A stretch of 64,000 nucleotides of DNA from Tricharina praecox. Taxonomy: Eukaryota. Below are positions 1 to 12,528 of this stretch, piece after piece; position 1 is the first letter of the stretch; each line of letters begins with the position of its first letter. Both the position numbers and the translations under genes were made by a program. The notes beneath the pieces are model-generated. The model ran no database searches and was not told where the DNA came from. It saw nothing but the letters and a program-made list of their open reading frames with translations. Location of the stretch: assembly GCF_024521635.1 (NCBI RefSeq), contig NW_026250404.1, positions 248,001 to 312,000 of the forward strand, in the 5' to 3' direction.

Positions 1-2120
1 CCGTTGCCGTTGTTGTGTCCTAAACCATCCGAAGCCGAATTAGCGGCCTGGCCAATGGAGTCGAATTGTGAGCTCTGCTGACCGTATACAGCAGCTGCTT
101 GGGCGGCAAGCTGTTGCTGGAGGTTCGACGCGTAGGCAGCCGCCTCTTGCTGCTGTTGCTGCTGGGCCAAGTAGACCTGGAGCGGGTTGGCAGCGGGGTT
201 GAGGCCATTCATTCCTGGGGTGGTCGGCGTTCCGTATCCAGGGCTGTTGGAGTGCATGCCAGCAGGACTGAGCTGGGCGGGACTACCACCAGAGCCGGAG
301 TGAGAGAGACTGGGCTGCAGCGACTGTCCGTTTACCGGACTGCTACTGGGAAGCGGAGGGTGACCGGACGAAGTGGGAGTTCCGGACTGGTGGTTTCCAT
401 TGGTGGCCTGTCTGGGAGGGTTGCCACATCTATCCTTTCCGAAGTTAATCTTGAATCGCTTGTACTCGTCTCTACTCCGGACAGCCTCGATCGCCTTGAT
501 AGCGTTGGCTATGTTGGTGAAGTTGACAAAGGCGCAACTCTTCTCGCGGAGGGTGTTGACGAGTTCGATTTCGCCGTACTCCGAGAAGTCTTGACGGAGG
601 CGGTCCTCGGTCCACGTCTCGTCCAAGTTTCCAATGTACACATTCCGACTCGCACCGCCAGACACGGCCAAGGCAATCGCAGGAGGCAGAGCTCCTGAGT
701 GCTTGCCCCATCCGACCTTGAGGCGTCGGTTGTGGATCATCAGACCCTGAATGTTGGACAGAGCGTAGAAGCTCGCGGCAGCGGTAGGATCGATAAAGGT
801 GACAAAGCAGATGTGCTTGTCGGGGATGTACCGAATATGGTGCAACAGTCCTCCGCGGACAACATTGCAGATCTCCTCGATGGTCGTCTCGGGGTGAATG
901 TTGCCAAGGTACACCGTGCGGTTGCCGAGGTTGTTGATACCTCCCGCAGATGTGGCGACGGCGGCGGCTGCAGCGGACTGCTGAGCGAGAGCCGTCGAGA
1001 TCATCTCCTTGTCGGCGCTGTTGAGGAGATGGGCGTAGCCAGGGGCGATTCCGAGGTACTGGGCGGCATTCTGCTGCTGAGTCTTGGAGACGTACGCGCA
1101 TCGATCCTTGCCGTAGTAGACGCGACGAGGAGTCTGCCATTTCGGCTCTTGTGGGAGCTGGTTGACAGCTTTGATCGCATTGCCGATGGAGAGGAAGTGG
1201 ACGAAACCGATAGCTTTCTCGCGAACGATCTTAACGGTGTCGATGGGCCCGAATTTGCCCAGATCCTCACGGAGCTCTTCCTCAGACACGTCTTCCGGAA
1301 GGTTACCCAAGTAGACATTCCGCGAAGCGCCCGACTGCTGGACGGCAATCGCAACCGAGGTTGGCACCTGCGATGGCTTGCCCCAGCCGACCTTGATATC
1401 CTGACCGCGGATAGCCAACTTCTTCAAGATGGCATCCGAGTGGAAGTGGGTAGCCGAGGAGCTGTCGAGGAAAGAGATGAACGCGCAGTTCTTATCGGGG
1501 AGCAGACGGACGGACTCGATTTGTCCGGACCGCACATGGCTCAGAATCTCCTCGGCGGAGGTCTCGGGTGGAATGTTGCCCAAGTAGACGGTCCGCGACG
1601 TCCCGGGTACTATGCCGGGGGTCATGGGAGAGCCTGCAGTGGGAGACTGCTGTTGGTAGTACGTGGCATACTGCGGGCCAAATCCGGTAGGCGAACCCAG
1701 TCCGGACGCACCGATTCCTCCGAAAGTGGGCGACATGGGATTCGCCGACGTGGGTGTCTGCTGAGAGAATCCTCCATGCATGCCGAACTGGGGGGACGCG
1801 AACGCATTTGGCGTCCCAGGTTGGAAGGGCGAGCCGAGCAGGAGCTGAGAGGGCAACAGCGGCGTGAACTGCATGTCATAGCCGGTCCCCGGCGACGCGA
1901 TCCCGTTCTCCTGGTGCTGCGACGCTCCGGTGTTGATCGAAGGCATGTTTATGCGCCTCCTGTTGGGGTGACCCATTGTATCCGAACTGAATCCGGCCGG
2001 CATCGTGGCTTGCTCACGATTCCAGTCCGCCGATGGCTTGTGGGGGTGAGGAAGACGCGCCGAGTGCGGAAGGACGGCCGTGATGATTGCAGACGGTGGT
2101 CCGGTGAGGTATTCCGGACA
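1..2120 (-). CDS. nrd1: Nrd1(S. pombe)/Mrn1-like RNA-binding protein with multiple RRMs; 3' end outside window, 5' end uncertain (first AUG at 2003)
   Basis: The minus-strand frame runs from a splice acceptor at 2121 (CTAAC...TCTCTAG) to the window edge and is missing from the ORF track because it has no stop. It contains MQFTPLLPSQLLLGSPFQPGTP and the RRM segment SCAFVNFTNIANAIKAIEAVRSRDEYKRFKINFGKDRCGN typical of Nrd1/Mrn1. Confidence 0.88.
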
Positions 2121-5100
2121 CTAGAGAGACAGTTAGAAAAACGCCGTGACCCCCGCGTGCCCCTCAAAGGTGAAGGAGTATGAGGCGAACGAACCGGTTA
2201 TGCTTTAGAGATTTGCGGAGGCTCGGAAGGCGTGACAGTGGTAATTGATTCTCTGGACTTCGGAGGAGCGCTCGTCAGCAATGGTCGACCTCGTCTACCC
2301 CTGATTGTGTGTTCGATGATGATGATGATGACATCGAAGCAACAGAAACCAGACGCGAGCACAACGCAACGAAGGCACAAAGGGGGGAAGGGAGGGGGCG
2401 GGGGGCGGAGACACTCACTGACAGTTGCTGATACCACAAGCGACTCCTGATTAATCAACTTCTGCGGATTGACCCTTCTTTAAGAAGCACAGATGCTGTA
2501 GGTCGTCTCGGCGGGCAAAAGGGGGGAGGTTGGGCTACCGAGTCGATCCTTCAACTGCTGTCAGGAAGCGGGATGGATATCTCCAACAACAATGACAACA
2601 ATGGCAACAATGACAACAATGACAATGCCAACGACAACACCACGCAACGCTCGGAGCACCAAGAATAGAGGTGCGCTATTACAACGGTAGGTTCAATGGA
2701 TGTCGGATCCGCCGAGTACGTTTGAGCAGAATTCGAGGCAGTTAAAAGAAGGTACCTGGCGAAGGGGAGCGGCGTCGAATGGGAACGAAAGGGGTGGAGG
2801 AAGGCGAGCAGCAAGTAGAGTGGTGGCAGTATCAAGAAAGGAAGAAGAAGAAGAAGAAGAAGTTGATGAAGGGGATGCGAGAAAGAAGGAAGGGGGGAAG
2901 GGAAGGGAAGGGAAGGGAAAGCGAGCGAGATGGAGCGAAAGCGAGGGTCAGTGAGCAGTAGTAGGTAATTGTTAGTTGGACTACTAGTGAGCTGAGTAGG
3001 GACAACTTGGACTTTTGGCGGACTATTCTGCTAGAGGAGGTACGGGGGTTGGATTTTTTGGATTTGTATTGTGGTAGGGGGGGTGGCAGGAGAGGAATGA
3101 AAAGGGAAAAGACTGGATTTGGAACGAAGGCTGATTGGCAGAGTGAGGACTGCAACAGGTAAGAAAGAAAAGTGGTGGAACAGGAACGGGCGTGAGCGAC
3201 GAGGACAGAGCACCGGAACGACAGGGGAGGGGGGGGGATGGCGAGAGACAATGGGAATGGATGGGAGACGATGGAGCGACAAGGGTGCGTGCACGGCGAG
3301 ATGGCTGGCTGGCTGCTGGCTGGCTGGCTGGCGAGTTCGGTCGGTCTCGAGAGATGGATGGATGGATGGATGGAGGGAAGGGAAGATGCGGGTGCGGAGA
3401 GTACGGTGATGTGGAGTAGAGTAGAGTACGGCAGAGTAGAGTACTGTGATAGAGTACTTGGGTACATGACGAGAATGAGGCCGTGGAGATGACTCGTGAG
3501 GATTCGACGGGGAGACACCTTCGAGTCTCGAGTACCAGTACCAGCAGCACGGCCATGGAGCCCATTGCAGAGCAGGACATCCGTCCGGCGATTATTCGCC
3601 TTCCTGAGCCTGCAGCCAGCCGTCCGTCCATCACCAGTGGCCATCCATCCCACCGACGACGACGACTTGCAGGCCTCAAATTGGACGGGAGCTGGAGAGG
3701 GGCATTCGATCAAAGGAGGTACTCGACATATGAGGAAGAGGAGAATGAGGCTGAGATGATGAGTTCCCAAGTTCCAACCCACGTCGAGATGAGGAGACTT
3801 CCGGGAAAATAATAGGGGCAAACGTACCGAACCAGGGTTGGCGCTCCAAACCAAGCCCGATCGGGCTCGCCTGAGTTAGTTAGCATCCTTCTGGGGTGGG
3901 CGGGGAGCCCGAGCGCGCGATGGCCAAGTGTATGGAATTCGTTTTTCTTGTGTGGTCGATACATAACCAAGTATCTACTCTATAGCAGAGTAATTACTAT
4001 ACTTCGTTCGGACTTTGTAGGGAAATCGTTGCTGCCTTGATCTCGGTACGGTAGTTATGAAGGAATCTTGGGGATCCAAGGGGAGAGATAGAGCCTGGTC
4101 CGTGTGTATGTAATCCGAGGAACGAGGAGGTGGGTTCGGGCTCCCCGAAGATACTCTGTGTACTCCGTAGTACCTGCAGTTGCTCAGGTACCAGTGCCAT
4201 GCTTATGTACACTGCCAGCAGGTCAACCCTCGAAGAGTCCCGGAAACCACAGCGAGTTCAAGGGGCTGCGATGGTTGGCCGTCGACGATCCAGCCATGCA
4301 TACCTATGCACCGTACCTATGCGTTGTTGTTGCGGCCGGGCGGCCGGGAAATTGAGGTCTGAGCAGTGACCAGTGACCAGTTCTGGATGCGGACGGGCAA
4401 CTCGCAAGCAACATGATGATGCAGATGCAAGAGAGGAAGTGCCAGTGCCTACATGGATACATATTTATGCCAGTTACCGACTCTCACGAACAACGTTGCT
4501 GCCCACTTCAGGGGACCTTGGCCCCGGATAGCTACCGTATTGGCCCTTTCGTTCCATTTTCGGGAACTGGTCTTAGAAAAATATGTATAAACCCAGGACA
4601 TCACCGCCTCCAGAGAGCCAGAAATCCATATACAGCCACCCATTACTCACGATCCCCAACGTATCAGCCGGCATCACGGCCACGACCACGTCCGAATCGC
4701 AGATATGTGTACCTATCGTCGGAGACAACCCACCGAGCCACCGACGTGAGAATAGATGACTGCCGCGTCAATTCGGACGACTACGGTACGTACTACTCTA
4801 CTCTGGCACCAGTAGTCGTTGCGGTTTCCGCAGCCGCGAAGAAAGGAGCCGGGAACGGCGTTTCCGCCAGCTGGCCTGGCCTGACACTGATTGGCTGGAT
4901 GCCGAAACACTCATCCGCGTTTTGCCTTCGGACGGAGTGCGGAGTGTGGTCCGTGGCCGGCAGGATCGCAGTCCGGACGCGGTCCGTCTCCGGCTCTGGG
5001 GGACTGGACTGGGTTTACGGAGGACGCGGTCCACCGCCCACAGGTTCATCCCGGGTATGTACGTTGGGTAGGTAGGCAAACCGTACATAAGCAAGTACAA

Positions 5101-7292
5101 ATGTGCCTATGCCCGTGGACGGACGGGATGGACGGGACGGACGGACTGGGCGAGACGTACTCTACTCTACGACCGGATTATTATCATTCCCAGTAGGTGT
5201 CCGAACTGCATACGGTCGGTCCGAACGGAGCTCTGGCAAGTACCGTATCATACCCGTATGTAAGACGATCCATCCTGAGCGACTACGACCACTCCTCCTC
5301 CTCCTCCTCCCTCCTTCTCCTCCTCTCCCTCCCCCGCAACCACGACACGCAATATTCTCACCGTCCAGACCCTCCAATTCCATATGTAGAGTCGGCAACT
5401 CGGCGGACACCATTCCTCCAAGCTCCAGGAGTCGCTGCACAGTGTGGCTTATCCGGACCACCTAGAGTACCTACCTTGCATGTAGAGCACCTGCACGGTT
5501 GGATGCACGGTTGGATGCACTCATCGACGGCCACCAGGAACAGCCGGGCGGCGGGCTCCCCTCCTCCGATCTCCGCAGATAGGTACTCTACATATCGGCT
5601 TCCCACGGAGGATTGGCTCCTCCAATCGACAACCACGGGAACGGTGGCAATTCGCTGCTAGTCAGAGCAGTGACACGCTACTGCACTACTGTAGTCACGG
5701 CCACAGGTCCACCACCACTCCCTCCGCCCGGCCACGTGCACTCCGCCTATCCTGTCCCTTTGCGTACGAGGTGGAAGTTGGAACTTGGGGACACCTAGAT
5801 AAGCTGGAGTGGCTCTGAGACTCTGACACGCCCAAGTTTGAGCCGCTTAGATATTCATTGCCAAAAAATAATATAAAATAGAGTATGTAGAACTCGATTA
5901 AGAGCCCCCAGAGTAGTTCAGTCGCTACGATGTTCCCTTTTGTAGTGGAAAAAAGACACGGAGGGCTGGAAGTAATGTCGCGTGTAACTTGGGTACGGGC
6001 CGAAATCGAAGAGTTCAGGGTGTGTGTTACTAAGCACAAACAAAAGCCACTCCCGAGTCCCTCCCTCCCTCCCTCCCTCTCTCCCTCCCTCCCTCCGCTA
6101 CCAGAGCGCAGTACACAACGGAACCCCATCATTCCGGAATCCGTCCCAAGCCGCCCCGGCGACTCCGAAGCGAGGACATCCGACCTCCCAGTCTCCCACG
6201 GTCCTACTAAGCCCGCCGAGCCCGCGTCACGTCGCGAAGCTCAAGCGAGCGAGCGAGCGAGGGGTCTGGGCGGTGCAACGTAATGCAAACAACAAGTCGG
6301 GAATCAGTCGCGGTGGGGACACAGGCACACAGACACTCTGGGCCTCCGGCCGGGAGCTGGGTGTTGGCCGAGTGAGATCGGGCCGGTTGCGGCCTGTACC
6401 TAGTATATAAAATAGTAGATCGGTGGGGTCCGGCCATCGGCCGTCGGCCGTCTTATGCTATAAAATTTGTATGTACCGTAGACCGGGACAACGGCTATCA
6501 TAGTACCGGTAGAGCGCATAGAAACCCCCCGAAGAGGGAATACCTAAAAAGCGGGAAGGAAGTTCGAACAGCCATCCCTCTCTCTCCCTCTCTCTCTCCA
6601 TTCATTGTCGACACCCAACCCAAAAATCCCGTTGCCCGATCAATCGATCGGCCTCGGAATTGAACGTCGTGCAATGCATCGTCAGAGCGAGCCCTGCTGG
6701 CTCCTGCTGCTGCTGGTGCGAAACGAGAAACCGGCCTCGATCGATATCGATATCGCGTCAGTGGTCACCACAGGGTTGTCGGGTTCGTGGCTACTTACTT
6801 ATATACATACCTCATACGTGGAGAACCGTGCCTCCTATGAATAATGATCTATCCATGCCGAATAGAGGACCGCCGACCGGTAGTGATCACGTTGTATGTG
6901 ATAGCGGTGAAGAAACCTACTTGGGTACTGGTGGAAGGATATCCGCGAATCGCATGCTACTATATTGTACGATAGGTACTGCAGCACCAGAGCAGAGTGC
7001 CGTGGAGCAACTGTCGAGTCTTCAGCCGTCTCGTGGACGTACCTACATGTCCCTCGGGGCGGGGCGCGGTTTGTCGGGCAGCCTTCCTTCGTCATCGACT
7101 ATCATTCGCCGCCCATACCTCGGTAGTCGAGTAGATCCATCCTCCCGGTAGTCGTTTACTTGTAGCCCTGGTTTCGGGAACGGTAGGTATATCGCGATCA
7201 CGTCTCCGAGTTTAGATCGCCGTCGAGCCGCATGTCGAGCATCGATGCCGGCAGCCATTACTACATGCTAGGAGGGAGGGAAGTAGAGGTTT

Positions 7293-8024
7293 TATCCCCT
7301 GGACCGTAGCTCGTTTTCGGTCAATGTGTCCTTCAAATACGGATTTTCCAGCTCTGACAGTCACTCTATTTAGCCAGCTACCCCGCAACTAATCAGATGG
7401 ACCTCTTCTCTGTGATCTCCTATTGATGATTATCTTTTCAAGATTTGGTTATATCCCTTGGTGAGTGAGTGGCAACAAGCTTTCCAGACGATACGATTTT
7501 AACCGATTTTTGGCCATTGAGAGCTCAACCATGAGCTCAAATATTTCTCTAAAGTCTGGGGAACTTCGGATTATCTCCCCCTTGCTGTACTACGGGTTCT
7601 GTGTAATGATCATTAGTTGGCCTGTCCTGTGGGTGGTTCCAGCTCCCTCAATATCGTAGTTTTGGTCAAAAACCCGAATTTTTGAACAGCCACAACTCAG
7701 GTAATACCAAATCTTTTACATTTTCAACTCCGATAACTGAACGTCATCTGATGAGCCCCAAATGATAAGAGGTTATGAGAAATATTCCTAAAGATTCGAG
7801 ATATTTCAGCATATTATTTTTCGCATCTTGACGGCATTTCTCTCCTTCACTAGCATGGGAATACCTAAATTGACGCCAGAATCATCACTGGCAACCAGGA
7901 TATGTGATCTTTAAGCAGATCATCTTTGGTTATAGCCATATGGTTGCTGCGTTATGTACTCACTTACGTTCAAAACGGTCCAAAAAGCCCGCAAACGGCA
8001 TATCTATTTACGATCTAGGGGATA
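7293..8024. mobile_element. Putative non-autonomous DNA transposon (MITE-like) relic
   Basis: Imperfect inverted termini TATCCCCTGGACCGTA (7293-7308) and TACGATCTAGGGGATA (8009-8024) match at 14/16, with TA at both outer ends. The interior is visibly more AT-rich than the flanks and has no credible ORF. Confidence 0.55.
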
Positions 8025-8314
8025 GCAGCTTAAGCTTGGAATATTTAACCTCAACGACCGGTGAGCAGTAAGTTCTAACCAACCGGTGGATGGAAGAGAG
8101 TTTTAAAGTCAAGTTGTTCTTTCATCATAACTTGGACTGCCGAAACCTTGAGCATAAGATGCCCATTACTGTTGTTCTGTGCCTCTAATGTCACGAGCGA
8201 AAATTAACCAGACCTCGTATCATACATACGAGAGCGAGACAAATCACCGACCCAGTCTTTATCGCTCTCGAGCACCACCGCCCGAACTTATTTCACAGCC
8301 GTCATATTAATCGA

Positions 8315-9518
8315 CTAATCGAACGGAATCCTCCTCAACTCGGTGCCCTCCTCGGCCCTCTTAGCCGCCACGCTAGCGGGAACCTTTATGCCGCAGCACT
8401 CACCCCACGTAGAGTGTACATGCCTCATGCCCTCCCTATCCTCATCGCCGAGGCCCTCACCCATACCCTCCACCGCCTTCAGGATCCCGCCAAACATAAA
8501 ATGCTGCATAACGGGGAGCTTTCCGAGGACCTCCTTCTCATACATCTTCGCCATGCCGGCATTAATCTTTCCCCAATTCTTCGCCGCGGATATATCATCG
8601 AGCATGGGGGAGTGCCAGCGGAGGCCGGCGGTAGTCTTGATGCTATTGATGAACGCGATGCAGGAGAGGTATATATACTCTCCCGCCAGCTCCTCGAGGA
8701 TATCAGACGAGTGGATCGATTTCGGGCGGAGGTACGAGTGCGAGTACAGCTGCGCAGACCCGAACAGGAACGGCAGGAACTGGTAGTCGTCGAGCCCCCA
8801 CACCCCGTGCGAGCCCGCCGGCTCCAGGTAGTATGTCGTCTGCAAACGCCGCATGATGCTAAGGTACTTGTTGAACAGCCGCAGGATCACCGCGGGGTAG
8901 TCCGCCGGCTGCAGTAGGCCCAGCTGCTGGAAACAGAGCCTGAGCGGCACACATGTTACATCAGCACCCAATGTATCCCGCCCGCCACCCGCCTAGCACG
9001 GGGCAAACTCACGTCCACGCCAAAAAATTCAGCTCGTGGCCAGAGCCATAGTCGATTCTCGTGCGATTCCCCCACGCCTCACAGAAGTACCTCGCGGCCT
9101 CATCCCTGGCCTCCTGGGGGACGTCCAGCACCTTATGCCACTCCTTCGCGCGCTCCCATAGCGCGTCGTAGAAGCGCTGGAACGACCTATTCCCGAACCT
9201 GCTGAGCCCGACGTCTTCGGGCGGGAACTCGTCGATTGCCGCATCGACGCGGTCGAATATGTCGAGCAGTGTCTGCACGAGCGGCGAGATCGGCACGGAA
9301 GTTGAGTTGGGCACGTTGAGCACCGAGTTGTTCAGGTCCGTCGTGAATGACAGCAAAAGCTGGTGCGTCGGTGAGTTCTGGAATAGCTTCAGGTCGTGAG
9401 AGGTGATGAGCTTGCGGGTCGGCGACGTGAACGTGAAGGTTTCGAGCGAGGTCGCCGGAGGCGTCAGCAGCGGGAGCTCCGGAGGCGCCTGCGGTGGCTT
9501 GTTGCGCGATATTGGCAT
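8315..9518 (-). CDS. RRD2: Phosphotyrosyl phosphatase activator (PTPA), RRD2/Ypa2 type; exons 9013-9518, 8315-8939; 376 aa
   Basis: Motifs SRFGN, WGNRTRIDYGSGHELNF, YYLEPAGSHGVWGLDDYQFLPFLFGSAQL, RWHSPMLDDIS and C-terminal WGECCGIKVP...RRIPFD. A GTGAGT...CAG intron joins the exons in frame. Confidence 0.93.
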
Positions 9519-12500
9519 TGCGGATGGTGAGAGATGGTCGGTGGTGGGGGTGCGCGCGGGGATCGGGGGTACTGTGCTGTGTGCACTGTGGGGTTGGAGT
9601 TAACTTAGCATGGTTCTAGGTTCGTGCAACATCCCGGCCGGAAAAACATTGATCCGGTTCACGCTCTTCGATACATTGCCACTTACACACTCGATCATTC
9701 ATCAGCAGACGTAAATTTGTGTCGTGTACGGAACTCAGTGTCGATCAGTGGTATATATAGAAGCCGCCGCATCCCGCGCAGTTCTATTCGCAAGACTTCG
9801 TCAACGCAATTCCATCGCAGAATGCTTCAGCAGAGCAAAACAGCTCCTGAAAGCACACATGGCACTCAGAAGCTCTGCGCATCCCGTCGGCGGCTGAGCA
9901 CAACTGCACAAATCAAGTCTTCGCGTTGCGTACAATGTACATAAGCTGTGCCTGACACCTGTGCCCTGGGTTTCAAACCATGTCCATTGTCAACGGCGGC
10001 TCCATCCTTCGCTTCCCTACATACATAAGGTGCAAATCTTAGTTTTAGTGCGGACCGAAAGAGGCGACGAAACCGTTGTTCATAGCTTGGAGTATGTACG
10101 GACGGCCGCATAACCGGCACTACGCCTCTACTACTAAGTACGAACGACACGGACACGATACACTCGGTGCCATCTCATGACGGACTGTACATACAAAGCA
10201 CTACGGGACCACTGCAAGGCATTGGAATTTGGGGTATCCATCTTCCGCCGCAGACATGATGCAGAAAGGACCGTGTTTAGTAGGATTCGTGAGACTACTA
10301 GAGGTATAACCAGACAACCCCAACGAGAGGTGAGACTAGAGTACTAGTACTGGGTGATAGGAAGGTTGCTCACAGAACCTCTTCAACTAGTCGCAAAGTC
10401 CTTGAACGCCTGGAGGCTGGAACGACCCATTGAGTCACCCAACGCAACGCTTGGGAGGTGGACAACTCCCATGTTTGTAGATTCGTGCTCCTGCAGCCTA
10501 CAGGTCTACACTGCGGTGCCAGAAACCGCATTCTGGCCGCTTGTCGAGTGACATACTCAGATGCAGAGCTCTGCCTCACCATACTACGCTCATACACTCC
10601 CGGGGTTTTAAACCCCCGCGGTATGTACGCACACAATATACCCATCGCCCCTTGGGCCTTGCCGGAATTCGACGCCCATAGCCCGTAGCTACGAGCCCGA
10701 GTGATACCGAATGAATCCGTGTGACTCCGAGTTGAAGTACCTATTGAAGGCAGACGCATATCCGAGCTCACCTTCAATAGTGCCACATAACGGTGCTTCA
10801 CACTGCAAAAACCACAAAAAAAACCAGATTAAGCAAGGTAATAGCCATCATCAGAAGCCGGGGGAAGGTCAGGGTACTCTTGATTTTCCACCACCACTTT
10901 CTCCCCACCTGCCCTCCAACGTAATCCTACTCCCAGAGCACGCATATCACGCAAATCACATGCGAACCCAAATCCCAGAATCCAGACATCCAAACGCGTC
11001 CCGCAAGATCCGCAGTTCGCTATCTCCTCAACAAGTAAACGAGTAAACAAAACAAAAAACGTTCGAAGATCTCCGGAAACGGTTATGGCACCATCGCACT
11101 GCGCGCGGCGACGCGGCCTCGAGCGGCGTGCAGCTAGGGGTGCATACTGCATACTCACCTTTCATCACTCGCCCCCCGTTCCCGTTCCCGTAAATATCAA
11201 ACTCATTAAAAATGCTCGTAGTATATCCCATCCCGCTCACATCCTGCTCATACATGATCTACTACCCAACTATCTTATCCCCTTATTCTTCTACTCCTAC
11301 ATACTCATACTCCTCCCCCCTTCCCCCTTCCGCCTGTTTATCGTCCTCCCCCACCCGTTCTACCCCCGTTCTACCCAGTTAAAGCCCTCTCACACCTCTA
11401 TCAGAAGAAAGAAGAAGAATTAGAAGAAAGAAGAACTAGAAGAAAGAAGAAGAAGTAGAAGTAGAAGGAGAAAAAAGAAGAAGAAGAAAAAACGCCGTCC
11501 AGCGCCAACAATATCATCCATCAAAGCAGGAAGCCAGAAAGCAGAACTAACCGAAAGAATTGGAACAAAACACTTTCTCTAATCTCCCATCAATCCACAC
11601 GTAGGGGCAACAAGTAAAAGCGAAAATAGATAAGAAGTAGGTAAATGTTGAAAAGTAGAAAAGCGTCGAAACAACTTTATCAGAGGCCATGCAAATTTAC
11701 CCCAATCCTTAATCCAATCTTCAATCCAGTCCAAGCCACCCAATTCAAGCCACCCAATTCAAGCCCAATCCCAATCACCAATCTCGATCACCAATCCATT
11801 CTCCAACAATTCCATTCTCCAATCCCCAATCCAATCCATCCTCCAATCAATCTGGGAGCAAGAAAACACCACCACAACCGGAAACAGAATCGAGAACTGA
11901 AACGGAAAAAGAAACTAAACCGGAAAACTCAAAAAAACCAGTAACCCCCCACGCCGCCGCCGTAGAACAAAGGGAAAATACGACAAAGAGAAGAAGAGGA
12001 AGAAGGGTAAAGTGGAAGTAAAAGTAGTAGTAGCGGAAAACTCAAAAAAAAAAAAAAAGTACAGCAAGCTCCCACCCAACAGAAAACAGCAACAGAATCA
12101 GCAACAGAATCAGAAAACAAAAAAAAGGAATAAAAACCCGGTTAGTAAAATACAAATGACGAAAAGAAAAAGGTTGTGTGTGAAGTTGCAATATGAAGTT
12201 AAAAAACTTGTCCGCCCCCACCGGCTCACCCTCCTCCACTCCAATCCAAAGCCCCAAAGCCCCCCAAATAAAAATAATAGAAGTAAAACAAAGGGCCTTC
12301 ACCAATCTGAACCACAGGCCATGGGCTAACTCATACCATCCATCCATCCATCCATAAAATTCAAAGAGACCCTCTCTCTCGCACAGAAACGAAAAGAAAA
12401 GCAAGACAAGGCCACTAACGATCTAGTAATACGTTCCGTGGGTAACGGTAAAAACAAAAACAAAAAAAAGATGATAATGGTGTGGTGTGGTGTAGTTGTT

Positions 12501-12528
12501 GGTCTCGGCGGGTGGGTGAGGACATAAT

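Noticed and set aside
99..2183. Long plus-strand ORFs (199 aa and 494 aa)
   Set aside because: Exact codon-register antisense shadows of the Nrd1-like CDS, with no independent motifs.
2832..3854. 340-aa minus-strand ORF upstream of nrd1
   Set aside because: Runs through microsatellites and pyrimidine-rich leader sequence (PSIH, PASQ repeats), with no recognisable domain.
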